A program made the translations under genes and the position numbers. The notes under the pieces were generated by a model. It was not told where the DNA came from and made no database searches. It saw only the letters and a program-made list of their open reading frames with translations. Below are positions 22,412 through 34,816 of a stretch of DNA of 64,000 bases, one piece after another. Source of the DNA: Yuukianura sp. NJ FZ-2021 (Eukaryota); assembly GCA_046563655.1 (NCBI GenBank), contig JAJCTO010000014.1:248001-312000 (forward strand), read 5' to 3'. How positions within the stretch are numbered: the first letter of the stretch is position 1; every line of letters starts with the position of its first letter.

Positions 22412-23099
22412 CCAATAGTAGCGTTGTCGGATTCTTGCAAACGTCTTGGTGAATCCTAGGTGTCCGGCAATTGCGTCGTCGTGATAAGCGTGTAAAATTT
22501 CCGGTGTCATGACTGCGGGAAGGACAGGAATGGGTTGCCCGTCACGATTGTGGTGATATAGAATATCGCAAATGATTGTATAACCTTTGGGTTTGCTACC
22601 ATGTGATTTAATAAGCTTCAGCTTAATTGACTTGATGGTGTCATCCTTATCCTGGGACTCGGCTAGCTGGAGTGGCTGAATCGATGCAATTGATACATCG
22701 GCTGATTGATTTGAGACTTCATTTGGTCGTCCTGTTTCTATAGCTGGGCAACGCGACAATGCGTCAGGAACATGATTTGTTGAGCCTTTAATGTAATAAA
22801 TCCCATCTACATCGAATTCAGAAATTTTGAGTGCCATGCGTGTTAACTTCGGGCTAATTTCCTCCTTTTTAGCGTTTTGAATCCAACATAGCGCATGGTG
22901 ATCGGTAAAGATTTTGAATCGATGTCCATCTAAAAACTGTCGAAACTTCTTCAATGCGAATGTAATCGCCAGCAGCTCGAGTTCTGTTGTTGTCCATTTC
23001 TGCTCGGCTGGAGTGAGCGTGCGGGAGACAAAGGCAATCGGTTTTTCTTGTCCGTTGTGTATTTGTGAAAGGACTGCTCCGATGCCTTGCGTGCTTGCT
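22412..23099 (-). pseudogene. Internal fragment of a Ty3/gypsy pol gene (RNase H to integrase zinc-binding start), no LTRs
   Basis: ASTQGIGAVLSQ...PIAFVSRTLTPAEQKWTTTELELLAI...FTDHHAL...NHVPDALSR (Ty3 RNase H), then HDDAIAGHLGFTKTFARIRQRYYW (HHCC first half). Both ends of the listed ORF are satellite-derived. Confidence 0.92.
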
Positions 23100-26000
23100 C
23101 CGATGCAAACTTTTGAATCATTTAAAAAAAAAATTTCCCTCCTCACGAACTGAGGGGTTTTAGCGTTCAAAAGTTTAAATTCTGAATGTGGAGAGAGGCG
23201 ACTCTGCCATCGCTGTACTATGAGTCCTTCCTAGACGTGATCAAATTTCCGACAATTCCAAAAACAACACAAGTGTTAGCGGTCAAAGTTTGAAGTTACG
23301 GCCCCATGCAAACCGGGTAGAAACTTCGGTCACGGGGGGTTCTATAAGCCGCTGCAAACTTTTGAATCATTTAAAAAAAATTCCCTCACGAACTGAGGGG
23401 TTTTAGCGTTCAAAAGTTTAAATTCTGAATGTGGAGAGAGGCGTCTCTGCCATCGCTGTACTATGAGTCCTTCCTAGACGTGATCAAATTTCCGACAATT
23501 CCAAAAACAACACAAGTGTTAGCGGTCAAAGTTTGAAGTTACGGCCCCATGCAAACCAGGTAGAAACTTCGCTCACGGGGGGTTCTAAAAGCCGATGCAA
23601 ACTTTTGAATCATTTAAAAAAAAATTTCCCTCCTCACGAACTGAGGGGTTTTAGCGTTCAAAAGTTTAAATTCTGAATGTGGAGAGAGGCGACTCTGCCA
23701 TCGCTGTACTATGAGTCCTTCCTAGACGTGATCAAATTTCCAAGAATTCCAAAAACAACACAAGTGTTAGCGGTCAAAGTTTGAAGTTACGGCCCCATGC
23801 AAACCGGGTAGAAACTTCGCTCACGGGGGTTCTAAAACCCGATGCAAACTTTTGAATCATTTAAAAAAATTTCCCTCCTCACGAACTGAGGGGTTTTAGC
23901 GTTCAAAAGTTTAAATTCTGAATGTGGAGAGAGGCGACTCTGCCATCGCTGTACTATGAGTCCTTCCTAGACGTGATCAAATTTCCGACAATTCCAAAAA
24001 CAACACAAGTGTTAGCGGTCAAAGTTTGAAGTTATGGCCTCATGCAAACCGGGTAGAAACTTCGTACAAGGGGGTTCTAAAAGCCGATGCAAACTTTTGA
24101 ATCATTTAAAAAAATTTCCCTCCTCACGAACTGAAGGGTTTTAGCGTTCAAAAGTTTAAATTCTGAATGTGGAGAGAGGCGTCTCTGCCATCGCTGTACT
24201 ATGAGTCCTTCCTAGACGTGATCAAATTTCCGACAATTCCAAAAACAACACAAGTGTTAGCGGTCAAAGTTTGAAGTTACGGCCCCATGCAAACCGGGTA
24301 GAAACTTCGCTCACGGGGGTTCTAAAAGCCGATGCAAACTTTTGAATCATTTAAAAAAATTCCCTCCTCACGAACTGAGGGGTTTTAGCGTTCAAAAGTT
24401 TAAATTCTGAATGTGGAGAGAGGCGACTCTGCCATCGCTGTACTATGAGTCCTTCCTAGACGTGATCAAATTTCCGACAATTCCAAAAACAACACAAGTG
24501 TTAGCGGTCAAAGTTTGAAGTTATGGCCTCATGCAAACCGGGTAGAAACTTCGTTCAAGGGGGGTACTAAAAGCCGATGCAAACTTTTGAATCATTTAAA
24601 AAAATGTCCCTCCTCACGAACTGAGGGGTTTTAGCGTTCAAAAGTTTAAATTCTGAATGTGGAGAGAGGCGTCTCTGCCATCGCTGTACTATGAGTCCTT
24701 CCTAGACGTGATCAAATTTCCGACAATTCCAAAAACAACACAAGTGTTAGCGGTCAAAGTTTGAAGTTACGGCCCCATGCAAACCGGGTAGAAACTTCGC
24801 TCAAGGGGGGTTCTAAAAGCCGATGCAAACTTTTGAATCATTTAAAAAAAATTTCCCTCCTCACGAACTGAGGGGTTTTAGCGTTCAAAAGTTTAAATTC
24901 TGAATGTGGAGAGAGGCGACTCTGCCATCGCTGTACTATGAGTCCTTCCTAGACGTGATCAAATTTCCGACAATTCCAAAAACAACACAAGTGTTAGCGG
25001 TCAAAGTTTGAAGTTATGGCCTCATGCAAACCGGGTAGAAACTTCGTACAAGGGGGGTTCTAAAAGCCGATGCAAACTTTTGAATCATTTAAAAAAAATT
25101 TCCCTCCTCACGAACTGAAGGGTTTTAGCGTTCAAAAGTTTAAATTCTGAATGTGGAGAGAGGCGTCTCTGCCATCGCTGTACTATGAGTCCTTTCTAGA
25201 CGTGATCAAATTTCCGACAATTCCAAAAACAACACAAGTGTTAGCGGTCAAAGTTTGAAGTTACGGCCCCATGCAAACCGGGTAGAAACTTCGCTCACGG
25301 GGGGTTCTAAAAGCCGATGCAAACTTTTGAATCATTTAAAAAAAATTCCCTCCTCACGAACTGAGGGGTTTTAGCGTTCAAAAGTTTAAATTCTGAATGT
25401 GGAGAGAGGCGACTCTGCCATCGCTGTACTATGAGTCCTTCCTAGACGTGATCAAATTTCCGACAATTCCAAAAACAACACAAGTGTTAGCGGTCAAAGT
25501 TTGAAGTTATGGCCTCATGCAAACCGGGTAGAAACTTCGTTCAAGGGGGGTACTAAAAGCCGATGCAAACTTTTGAATCATTTAAAAAAAAATTTCCCTC
25601 CTCACGAACTGAGGGGTTTTAGCGTTCAAAAGTTTAAATTCTGAATGTGGAGAGAGGCGTCTCTGCCATCGCTGTACTATGAGTCCTTCCTAGACGTGAT
25701 CAAATTTCCGACAATTCCAAAAACAGCACAAGTGTTAGCGGTCAAAGTTTGAAGTTATGGCCTCATGCAAACCGGGTAGAAACTTCGTACAAGGGGGGTT
25801 CTAAAAGCCGATGCAAACTTTTGAATCATTTAAAAAAAATTTCCCTCCTCACGAACTGAAGGGTTTTAGCGTTCAAAAGTTTAAATTCTGAATGTGGAGA
25901 GAGGCGTCTCTGCCATCGCTGTACTATGAGTCCTTCCTAGACGTGATCAAATTTCCGACAATTCCAAAAACAACACAAGTGTTAGCGGTCAAAGTTTGAA

Positions 26001-29000
26001 GTTATGGCCTCATGCAAACCGGGTAGAAACTTCGTACAAGGGGGGTTCTAAAAGCCGATGCAAACTTTTGAATCATTTAAAAAAAATTTCCCTCCTCACG
26101 AACTGAAGGGTTTTAGCGTTCAAAAGTTTAAATTCTGAATGTGGAGAGAGGCGTCTCTGCCATCGCTGTACTATGAGTCCTTTCTAGACGTGATCAAATT
26201 TCCGACAATTCCAAAAACAACACAAGTGTTAGCGGTCAAAGTTTGAAGTTACGGCCCCATGCAAACCGGGTAGAAACTTCGCTCACGGGGGTTCTAAAAG
26301 CCGATGCAAACTTTTGAATCATTTAAAAAATTCCCTCCTCACGAACTGAGGGGTTTTAGCGTTCAAAAGTTTAAATTCTGAATGTGGAGAGAGGCGACTC
26401 TGCCATCGCTGTACTATGAGTCCTTCCTAGACGTGATCAAATTTCCGACAATTCCAAAAACAACACAAGTGTTAGCGGTCAAAGTTTGAAGTTATGGCCT
26501 CATGCAAACCGGGTAGAAACTTCGTTCAAGGGGGGTACTAAAAGCCGATGCAAACTTTTGAATCATTTAAAAAATTTCCCTCCTCACGAACTGAGGGGTT
26601 TTAGCGTTCAAAAGTTTAAATTCTGAATGTGGAGAGAGGCGTCTCTGCCATCGCTGTACTATGAGTCCTTCCTAGACGTGATCAAATTTCCGACAATTCC
26701 AAAAACAGCACAAGTGTTAGCGGTCAAAGTTTGAAGTTATGGCCTCATGCAAACCGGGTAGAAACTTCGAACACGGGGGGTTCTAAAAGCCGATGCAAAC
26801 TTTTGAATCATTTAAAAAATTTCCCTCCTCACGAACTGAAGGGTTTTAGCGTTCAAAAGTTTAAATTCTGAATGTGGAGAGAGGCGTCTCTGCCATCGCT
26901 GTACTATGAGTCCTTCCTAGACGTGATCAAATTTCCGACAATTCCAAAAACAACACAAGTGTTAGCGGTCAAAGTTTGAAGTTACGGCCCCATGCAAACC
27001 GGGTAGAAACTTCGCTCACGGGGGGTTCTAAAAGCCGATGCAAACTTTTGAATCATTTAAAAAATTCCCTCCTCACGAACTGAGGGGTTTTAGCGTTCAA
27101 AAGTTTAAATTCTGAATGTGGAGAGAGGCGACTCTGCCATCGCTGTACTATGAGTCCTTCCTAGACGTGATCAAATTTCCGACAATTCCAAAAACAACAC
27201 AAGTGTTAGCGGTCAAAGTTTGAAGTTATGGCCTCATGCAAACCGGGTAGAAACTTCGTTCAAGGGGGGTACTAAAAGCCGATGCAAACTTTTGAATCAT
27301 TTAAAAAAATGTCCCTCCTCACGAACTGAGGGGTTTTAGCGTTCAAAAGTTTAAATTCTGAATGTGGAGAGAGGCGTCTCTGCCATCGCTGTACTATGAG
27401 TCCTTCCTAGACGTGATCAAATTTCCGACAATTCCAAAAACAACACAAGTGTTAGCGGTCAAAGTTTGAAGTTACGGCCCCATGCAAACCGGGTAGAAAC
27501 TTCGCTCAAGGGGGGTTCTAAAAGCCGATGCAAACTTTTGAATCATTTTAAAAATTTCCCTCCTCACGAACTGAGGGGTTTTAGCGTTCAAAAGTTTAAA
27601 TTCTGAATGTGGAGAGAGGCGACTCTGCCATCGCTGTACTATGAGTCCTTCCTAGACGTGATCAAATTTCCGACAATTCCAAAAACAACACAAGTGTTAG
27701 CGGTCAAAGTTTGAAGTTATGGCCTCATGCAAACCGGGTAGAAACTTCGTACAAGGGGGGTTCTAAAAGCCGATGCAAACTTTTGAATCATTTAAAAAAA
27801 ATTTCCCTCCTCACGAACTGAAGGGTTTTAGCGTTCAAAAGTTTAAATTCTGAATGTGGAGAGAGGCGTCTCTGCCATCGCTGTACTATGAGTCCTTTCT
27901 AGACGTGATCAAATTTCCGACAATTCCAAAAACAACACAAGTGTTAGCGGTCAAAGTTTGAAGTTACGGCCCCATGCAAACCGGGTAGAAACTTCGCTCA
28001 CGGGGGGTTCTAAAAGCCGATGCAAACTTTTGAATCATTTAAAAAAATTCCCTCCTCACGAACTGAGGGGTTTTAGCGTTCAAAAGTTTAAATTCTGAAT
28101 GTGGAGAGAGGCGACTCTGCCATCGCTGTACTATGAGTCCTTCCTAGACGTGATCAAATTTCCGACAATTCCAAAAACAACACAAGTGTTAGCGGTCAAA
28201 GTTTGAAGTTATGGCCTCATGCAAACCGGGTAGAAACTTCGTTCAAGGGGGGTACTAAAAGCCGATGCAAACTTTTGAATCATTTAAAAAAAAATTTCCC
28301 TCCTCACGAACTGAGGGGTTTTAGCGTTCAAAAGTTTAAATTCTGAATGTGGAGAGAGGCGTCTCTGCCATCGCTGTACTATGAGTCCTTCCTAGACGTG
28401 ATCAAATTTCCGACAATTCCAAAAACAGCACAAGTGTTAGCGGTCAAAGTTTGAAGTTACGGCCCCATGCAAACCGGGTAGAAACTTCGCTCAAGGGGGG
28501 TTCTAAAAGCCGATGCAAACTTTTGAATCATTTAAAAAAATTTCCCTCCTCACGAACTGAGGGGTTTTAGCGTTCAAAAGTTTAAATTCTGAATGTGGAG
28601 AGAGGCGACTCTGCCATCGCTGTACTATGAGTCCTTCCTAGACGTGATCAAATTTCCGACAATTCCAAAAACAACACAAGTGTTAGCGGTCAAAGTTTGA
28701 AGTTATGGCCTCATGCAAACCGGGTAGAAACTTCGTACAAGGGGGGTTCTAAAAGCCGATGCAAACTTTTGAATCATTTAAAAAAAATTTCCCTCCTCAC
28801 GAACTGAAGGGTTTTAGCGTTCAAAAGTTTAAATTCTGAATGTGGAGAGAGGCGTCTCTGCCATCGCTGTACTATGAGTCCTTCCTAGACGTGATCAAAT
28901 TTCCGACAATTCCAAAAACAACACAAGTGTTAGCGGTCAAAGTTTGAAGTTACGGCCCCATGCAAACCGGGTAGAAACTTCGCTCACGGGGGGTTCTAAA

Positions 29001-29273
29001 AGCCGATGCAAACTTTTGAATCATTTAAAAAAAATTCCCTCCTCACGAACTGAGGGGTTTTAGCGTTCAAAAGTTTAAATTCTGAATGTGGAGAGAGGCG
29101 ACTCTGCCATCGCTGTACTATGAGTCCTTCCTAGACGTGATCAAATTTCCGACAATTCCAAAAACAACACAAGTGTTAGCGGTCAAAGTTTGAAGTTATG
29201 GCCTCATGCAAACCGGGTAGAAACTTCGTTCAAGGGGGGTTCTAAAAGCCGATGCAAACTTTTGAATCATTTA
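23100..29273 (+). repeat. ~245-bp satellite DNA array, block 2 (~25 monomers)
   Basis: Same monomer and orientation. Ends at GAATCATTTA, the TSD of Polinton-2. Confidence 0.99.
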
Positions 29274-29560
29274 AGTTAGTGTTAAATGATTACTAAAAGA
29301 ATGTAGGTCAAGCCCCCCTCCCCACAGCCCCATCCCCTGTTCGTTCACCCCGTTCCATTGTTGAAAAGTTTAGCCCTGAGGCAATGAGTGGTGGAATGAA
29401 ATTTAAATTTGCAAATTAAAAAAATATTAATAAACAATAATTTGTTTAATTAATTAGTTATTATTTGTATTTATAATTTTAAATTTAATTTAGTTTTAAA
29501 AGTGTTATACAAAAAAAATAAAAATAAAAATTTTTTTTCGAGATTCGAACTCGCGTCAAC
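29274..29560 (+). repeat. Left terminal inverted repeat of Polinton-2
   Basis: First ~140 bp are roughly 90% identical to the reverse complement of 52505-52649. A degenerate AT-rich match continues to the B box at 29541-29551. Confidence 0.9.
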
Positions 29561-29733
29561 CATTACCTCTCTTGTTTGTTACTGCCGCTCTTCACCGCCA
29601 AGTAATTCTGGCAACACTGACAAATCAAGTAAAAAAAGCAACTACAAGTAAGTGGCAGGCCGCAAATAATATGTTTATTTTTGAAAGTGCAAAATTTTGA
29701 AAAAACAGTGCAAAAAATTAAACTAACTATCGT

Positions 29734-29838
29734 TTCCTAGTTATTTTCGGTTCCAAATTCAATGTTATGCCTTATACTTTATTTGGCTAAGCTCTTCTTT
29801 TGAGCAACATTGAATTTGGAGCCGAAAGTAACTGGAAA
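29734..29838 (+). repeat. Stem-loop (~30-bp arms, ~39-nt loop)
   Basis: TAGTTATTTTCGGTTCCAAATTCAATGTT / AACATTGAATTTGGAGCCGAAAGTAACTG. The mismatches are G-U compatible on the + strand. Confidence 0.8.
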
Positions 29839-29864
29839 AGGAATAACTAACTAATGAACATGGT

Positions 29865-31332
29865 TCATTCCCATTTGCCATTAAACAGATGACGTTTCTT
29901 CAGCACTGGAAACTAATCCCGTAGGATTCAAGTCCAGTGCTGAATACTGCGGATTTGTAACCGCAAATGGGAACGAAACCATGTTCCCGCGAAGAAATGG
30001 ATTGGTGCTGGTGCTGGGTGCTTGGTACCTAGTACCGGTACCTGAAATAAAAACAAAATTTGATTAAAAAAAAAGTTGCAAAAATCTGCAATGCAGTTTT
30101 TTGCAAGCAAACAGAATGACAATGGAGAGAGATGCGGGATGCTTACTTCTACGTCCGCACTCTCCACTCTACTCTCCACTCTCATTCTGTTTACTTGCAA
30201 ATAAAATTGCATTGCAGATTCTGAATAAAGTAGCTTTCGCTACTTAATAAAAACAAAAACAAACCTTGCCTTGGCCGCGAATACTCCGGATGCTGCCGCT
30301 TGGCAGCCAGTCTTGCCGACTGCCGTAACGGCTCCAAGTGCTGCACCATCGTGGGGCTGGTCAGGTTGGGGTATTCACCCCACGGTGGTGGGGCCAAGCC
30401 AGTCGCTGCTACTGCAGGGGTTGTTGGAGCTGGACGGTGGGGCAGCTGGGGTGGGGCAGTGGTGGCACGTCGTGGGGCAGGAGGCGTAGCTGGATGTGGT
30501 GTTGGTGGGCGGGGCCTAAATCCCCGATGTTGGTGGGGCTCTCTCCACTCCCGAACCCACCCAATCAACCACCGAATCCCTGCACCCACGACACATGTTG
30601 TCACTACTGAAACAAAGACAAATCATGAATTAGTGATTTGTATGGAATGTGACAACGAAAAATGAATTTTCTTTAACATGTTGGGTACTACCTCGCTTAT
30701 TGACAAAAATGAAAAAAAAAACATCTTGTACCAATTTCGGTATAAAAAAAAATCGAATGTAAAATTAAAAAATTCAGCTGTATTGTTAAGACTACGATAT
30801 CATGAAATGAAAGAAACTCTTTCTTTTTGCAAAATCGAAAAAACATGAGGTATTACTCAACCTGTTAAAGAAAATCAAAGTCAATAAACCTTGCTAACTC
30901 TGAATCGTTCCAATTTTAGTAAAAAAAAAAGACTTACACGCCAACCATGCTGCCAAAATGATGGCAGCAGTCTCCCACTCTGTTGCAGGGACCCCCTCTC
31001 GTACTTGGTCAGGCTGGGGGCACTTGAGGGTGTCAGGGGGAGCCACGAGAAGATGCAGCGCCCATTGGGGGTATCCCCAATGGGGTGGCATACCCCCACC
31101 CCGTCTTCACGCCTCGACCAAGCGCATCGCTCCCCCAGACACTGAACACAGGGCCAGTTCAGGTCACACTTCGGTGGGTCCCCAAACCCCGTGGCTCCAA
31201 ACAATACCACGATTGCCAAATGGCCCAGCAACATTCGAAAATTTTCCTAAAAATAAATTTTAATTAATAATTTTTTAGTTTTTAGTTTATTTTAGTTTAA
31301 TTGGTTTAATTTTAATTATAAAAACTTACCAT
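29865..31332 (-). CDS. Putative type I membrane protein A: signal peptide, PSI-like Cys domain, TM, Pro-rich tail (multi-exon; one apparent frameshift; 3' exons uncertain)
   Basis: ATG|GTAAGT at 31332. Exon 31246-30938 MENFRMLLGHLAIVVLFGATGFG-DPPKCDLNWPCVQCLGERCAWS...C needs +1 nt in a C/G run near 31070 to continue LLVAPPDTLKCP...TAAIILAAWLA. Exon 30606-30265 LVTTCVVGAGIRWLIGWV...Pro-rich...YPNL. Confidence 0.6.
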
Positions 31333-31633
31333 TTTCTAGGAATCCTCTTCCAGCACAACAGCACAAAACAGAAGCACGAGGAAGTGGGAGTTTTTACAAC
31401 TTTCACTTTCACGTGCTTTTGTTTACAACCGGTTACACATGCATACATGCATTCACCTTTGTACCCACTCACCTGAGATGAGTACATATGGGCAAATTTT
31501 AACTTGAATTCAGTTTTTAAGTTAATTATGCTGTTTTATCTTTTCAACTGTATTAAAAATTTTCAAAAAATAAAAAATAATTTTTTTTAAAGAACGAATT
31601 GTTTCAACAATATGAAAACATAGTATTTGGAAT

Positions 31634-31714
31634 AAAAAAAAAGTTGAACCACTCGAGATTTGAACCCACGGCAACAAAAATTTTCAGAACACGCTCATAC
31701 CACTGAACCACTTG
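31634..31714 (-). promoter_or_regulatory. tRNA-like A box/B box element
   Basis: On the minus strand: TGGTTCAGTGG (31710-31700), then GGTTCAAATCT (31666-31656), then a T9 run. No proper cloverleaf, and an internal T5. Confidence 0.5.
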
Positions 31715-31814
31715 TACTTTGTTAAAAATTCTTGCAAACTGAATACAGTTGAATGGAAATCTATGAATACTTTTACTAGTAAAGCCAAAATTCACAATGC
31801 TACCATAAAACTAT

Positions 31815-33743
31815 TTATTTTAAATCTAAAATTAAATTGAAATTCGTGTTGGTGTTGGCCTCCATGGCTTCTAGGCGCTGTAATTCCTCCTGCCATTGCC
31901 GAATAGCTAGGCTCCTATGTCCCACGACCAGATTTGGACTGAATGGGTGCTGGAACATTAATCCGTCCAGAGTTGTGACACGACCTAAATTTTAAATTTC
32001 ATTATTAAGCTTGAAAAATATGAAAAAAAAATGCAAAAAATTGTTTCTTACTCATTGCTACATAAACCAACTGAGGCGCCTGACTAGTAAACATTGTTGA
32101 TGTGTCACCGGGTGCTGGATTCCCCACCACTACCCGTTTGCAAGTTTTGCCCTATAAAGAAAAAACAAATGATCAAATGTTTTTAGCATAGTCTTGAGGT
32201 AATTCACCTGTGCCTTGTGACATGTCATTCCCCAAGCCAGTTGCAATGGGAATAACTTTCTTTGGTAAGTTCTTCCTGCATACTTGTCATAGTATGGCAT
32301 CACAACCGGAACTATAGGAATGTCTCTCCTGAGTGGATAAGCAACGCCAAAATATGAATCAGGACGCACGAAAATAAAGTTTGGAACTCCATTTTCATCC
32401 ACATCAGTTGAGACTTGAGTCACGGTGACAAGAGCTCCGTTGTAAAGACCTTTTAGAAAAATTCAAAATTAGTCTTTTTAAAATTAGTATGGTTAGGACG
32501 GCATACCTGCAGCGACAAAAAGATTTTTTGTTAACATGCAGCGGGCTCCAACCGCCAGCTTCAATTTGTCGCCAGTCTTTGACTCATCTCGCAAGTCGAT
32601 GGCGTCCACCTCCGTAATGTCTACGCCCAGCTCCGAAATTCGTTTTCTAATTTTTTCACATTTTTAATAGTATGCATAAATTCAGTTTCTTACAAAGACT
32701 TACTCATTGTAACTATTCACGTTGTGATTTTCTGCAAAGAGAACAGGAGCCGAGAGGAAAAGTGAAAGCTCTTCAGCAGTCAGCAGTGAAGAAAGTTTTT
32801 CCAAAGACCTCAATTGCAGCGCTTCAATGTCTTCTTCTTCTAGTTGCCCGCATCTTACGCGCGACAGAATTTCTTTTAACTTGGCTTGAGATTCATCTTG
32901 TCGCATAATTTCTGTCAGTATGACGCATTTGTTAAAATGTGCATACGCCTTGATCCCGTCCAAGCACAAGCCTTCGGCGTGCATTGACTTGTAATATAAG
33001 GGTCTATCTGCCACTGGACTTAACCTTTAACATCAAACATCACTATTATACGGTTTATACATTTAAAAGTGTAACTTACTGTGCCAGATCACCCATGGCC
33101 AACACCGTAAGACCTCCAAACGGATCTTGTGTCCTGAAAATTGCGCGGAGTCTTCGCTCCATGTATCCTAGGAGACCAACCCCAAGCATAAAAACTTCGT
33201 CAATTATTAACAGCCGTACTCCTTTCAGTCTCTCCCGTGGAAAGTCCACGTATTTTTCCGGGTCGTGTTTTCGATGGCCTAAACTCAATGAGAGACCACT
33301 GTGAACAGTTATTCCTCCCGCGTTAAATGCTGCTGCGCCCGTAAATGCAAAAACACGGAAACGAATCTTTTTCTTTTCGAGATAGCCTCTTAAATAGTGT
33401 ATAATGAAGCTTTTTCCTGAAATTTTGAAAAAAAAAAAGTTAATTTCAAATGAAATTTCTAAAGAAATTTTGACTTGCCTGTCCCAGCAGCGCCGTGACA
33501 CAAAATGAATTCCTGGTTACGAGCTTCGAGTGCTTCTGTGACCAGTTTCGCTGTTTGACGCTGCTTGGAATTGAGCTGCTCGAGTACCACTTCCGGAAAT
33601 ACTCTGTTCACCGGCTGTGTTTTGCTGTACTCGATAAATGTCATTGGGTTGCTAGGTACCAACTTTGGAACAACTTTTCCTGTAGTTTCGTCTTTCTGCA
33701 ATTTTCTTTTGAGTGAACTTTTATCCATCCTTACTGTCTGCAA
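31815..33743 (-). CDS. PIF1-family SF1B DNA helicase, 7 exons
   Basis: Introns 33478-33417 (GC-AG), 33079-33025, 32703-32647, 32506-32450, 32207-32152 and 32051-31985 give one open frame with GAAGTGKS, FTGAAAFNAGGITVHS, LLIIDEVFM, FGGLTVLAMGDLAQLSPV, LTEIMRQ, LAVGARCMLTKNL..AGLYNGA, FPLQLAWGMTCHKAQGKT, YVAMSRVTTLDGL. Confidence 0.93.
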
Positions 33744-34135
33744 CGCTTGATTGATGATACCGGTAGACGTGAGGAGTAGAAAACGTTAAAGTTTTTCAAA
33801 ATTTCTTCTTGAGTGTGAGCAGCGTCTAATCCTGTGACTCTTCCAATTTTGAATCGGAACCCGCCAAATGTAAATGGTTCTTTGCTGGACCAGCGACGAA
33901 TGCTACAAAGAATCTCCACGATATCTAAAGGCTTTGAAGGCTTGGCCGAGGGGCAGACGTGCTGCGCAAATCCGTCCCATACAATGTCACAGTTTGTGCA
34001 CTGCGAGTAGTCTTCCCGAACAATTCTCTCAATATCTCGGCAGCGCGATTTAGTAAGCCTGTCTTTGAGTACCTTGATTCTGATTGGACTAAATATTTTT
34101 ACACATCTGCAGCAGTGATGTGTACTTGAATACAT
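33731..34135 (-). CDS. Hypothetical Cys/His-rich protein
   Basis: 134-aa ORF with HHCCRC and CTNC...HVC, overlapping the helicase start. No family recognised. Confidence 0.5.
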   Translation of the reverse strand: MYSSTHHCCRCVKIFSPIRIKVLKDRLTKSRCRDIERIVREDYSQCTNCDIVWDGFAQHVCPSAKPSKPLDIVEILCSIRRWSSKEPFTFGGFRFKIGRVTGLDAAHTQEEILKNFNVFYSSRLPVSSIKRCRQ

Positions 34136-34816
34136 ACTGACTGGTTTAAGAAATTTTTCAGACTTAAAAACGATTTTAAGGCGGGATTTTATACGGCTGT
34201 TTTGAAGCTAGAGTAGAGGTTGCCTTAGGTCATTGAACTGAGCTTAGAAGCCTAGAGGGTAGTAATCAGTCAAAGTTCTTCAACCCTATCGAGGACAATG
34301 CAAAATTCCAAAATTAGAAAGTCGTGCCGCTTTGCCGGCCGGGACATCATTGTTCTGCGTGATATTCATAATTGCATGAAGAGAACGACATGAATGCAAC
34401 TTGCAAGTTAGGAGAATCATTGTTGCAGCTAAGATTCTTAAACACAAAAGAGCACAAATTGCAAAAAAAAATCGTGACGGACAGACCGCCCGGGAGATAA
34501 TTTCTTTTGTGTGATATTCAAATTTGAACATAATTGAACAACTGAATTGCACTAAGATGGCAATGAACTTATCTTCGACGGAGTGCACTGACCCTTTCGC
34601 GACTGTCTGAAAAAGTCGCCGGTCGTCCGAGGTCAAAGAAATGGCCGAAACGGCGTCGGGGGAGGTAGGGGGAGACCAAGCATTGGATTGGATGTTTCAG
34701 GAACATCAGGGGTCACGCGGGACTGAAATTTTCGCTTAAAAAGGCCCGAATTCGAGATCCAGTCATCAGTACTTTCACAAATTCACAAAGGTCAGCCAAA
34801 GCAAAGCAGCTCGAAA

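Noticed and set aside
22394..23170. Functional satellite-gypsy fusion gene or intact retrotransposon
   Set aside because: Non-ATG start and stop come from satellite; no LTR, gag, RT or integrase core.
8073..29273. CRISPR array
   Set aside because: Whole 245-bp units repeat with no unique spacers, no cas genes, and the context is eukaryotic.
30271..31267. Plus-strand GC-rich ORFs
   Set aside because: Antisense shadows of the minus-strand membrane gene, whose splice signals are all on the minus strand.
31815..33743. Nested Helitron
   Set aside because: No HUH Rep motifs and no TC...CTRR ends with hairpin seen; the gene is tightly packed with Polinton ORFs.
34286..34636. 116-aa ORF
   Set aside because: Non-ATG start, no motifs, lies in a divergent promoter-like gap.
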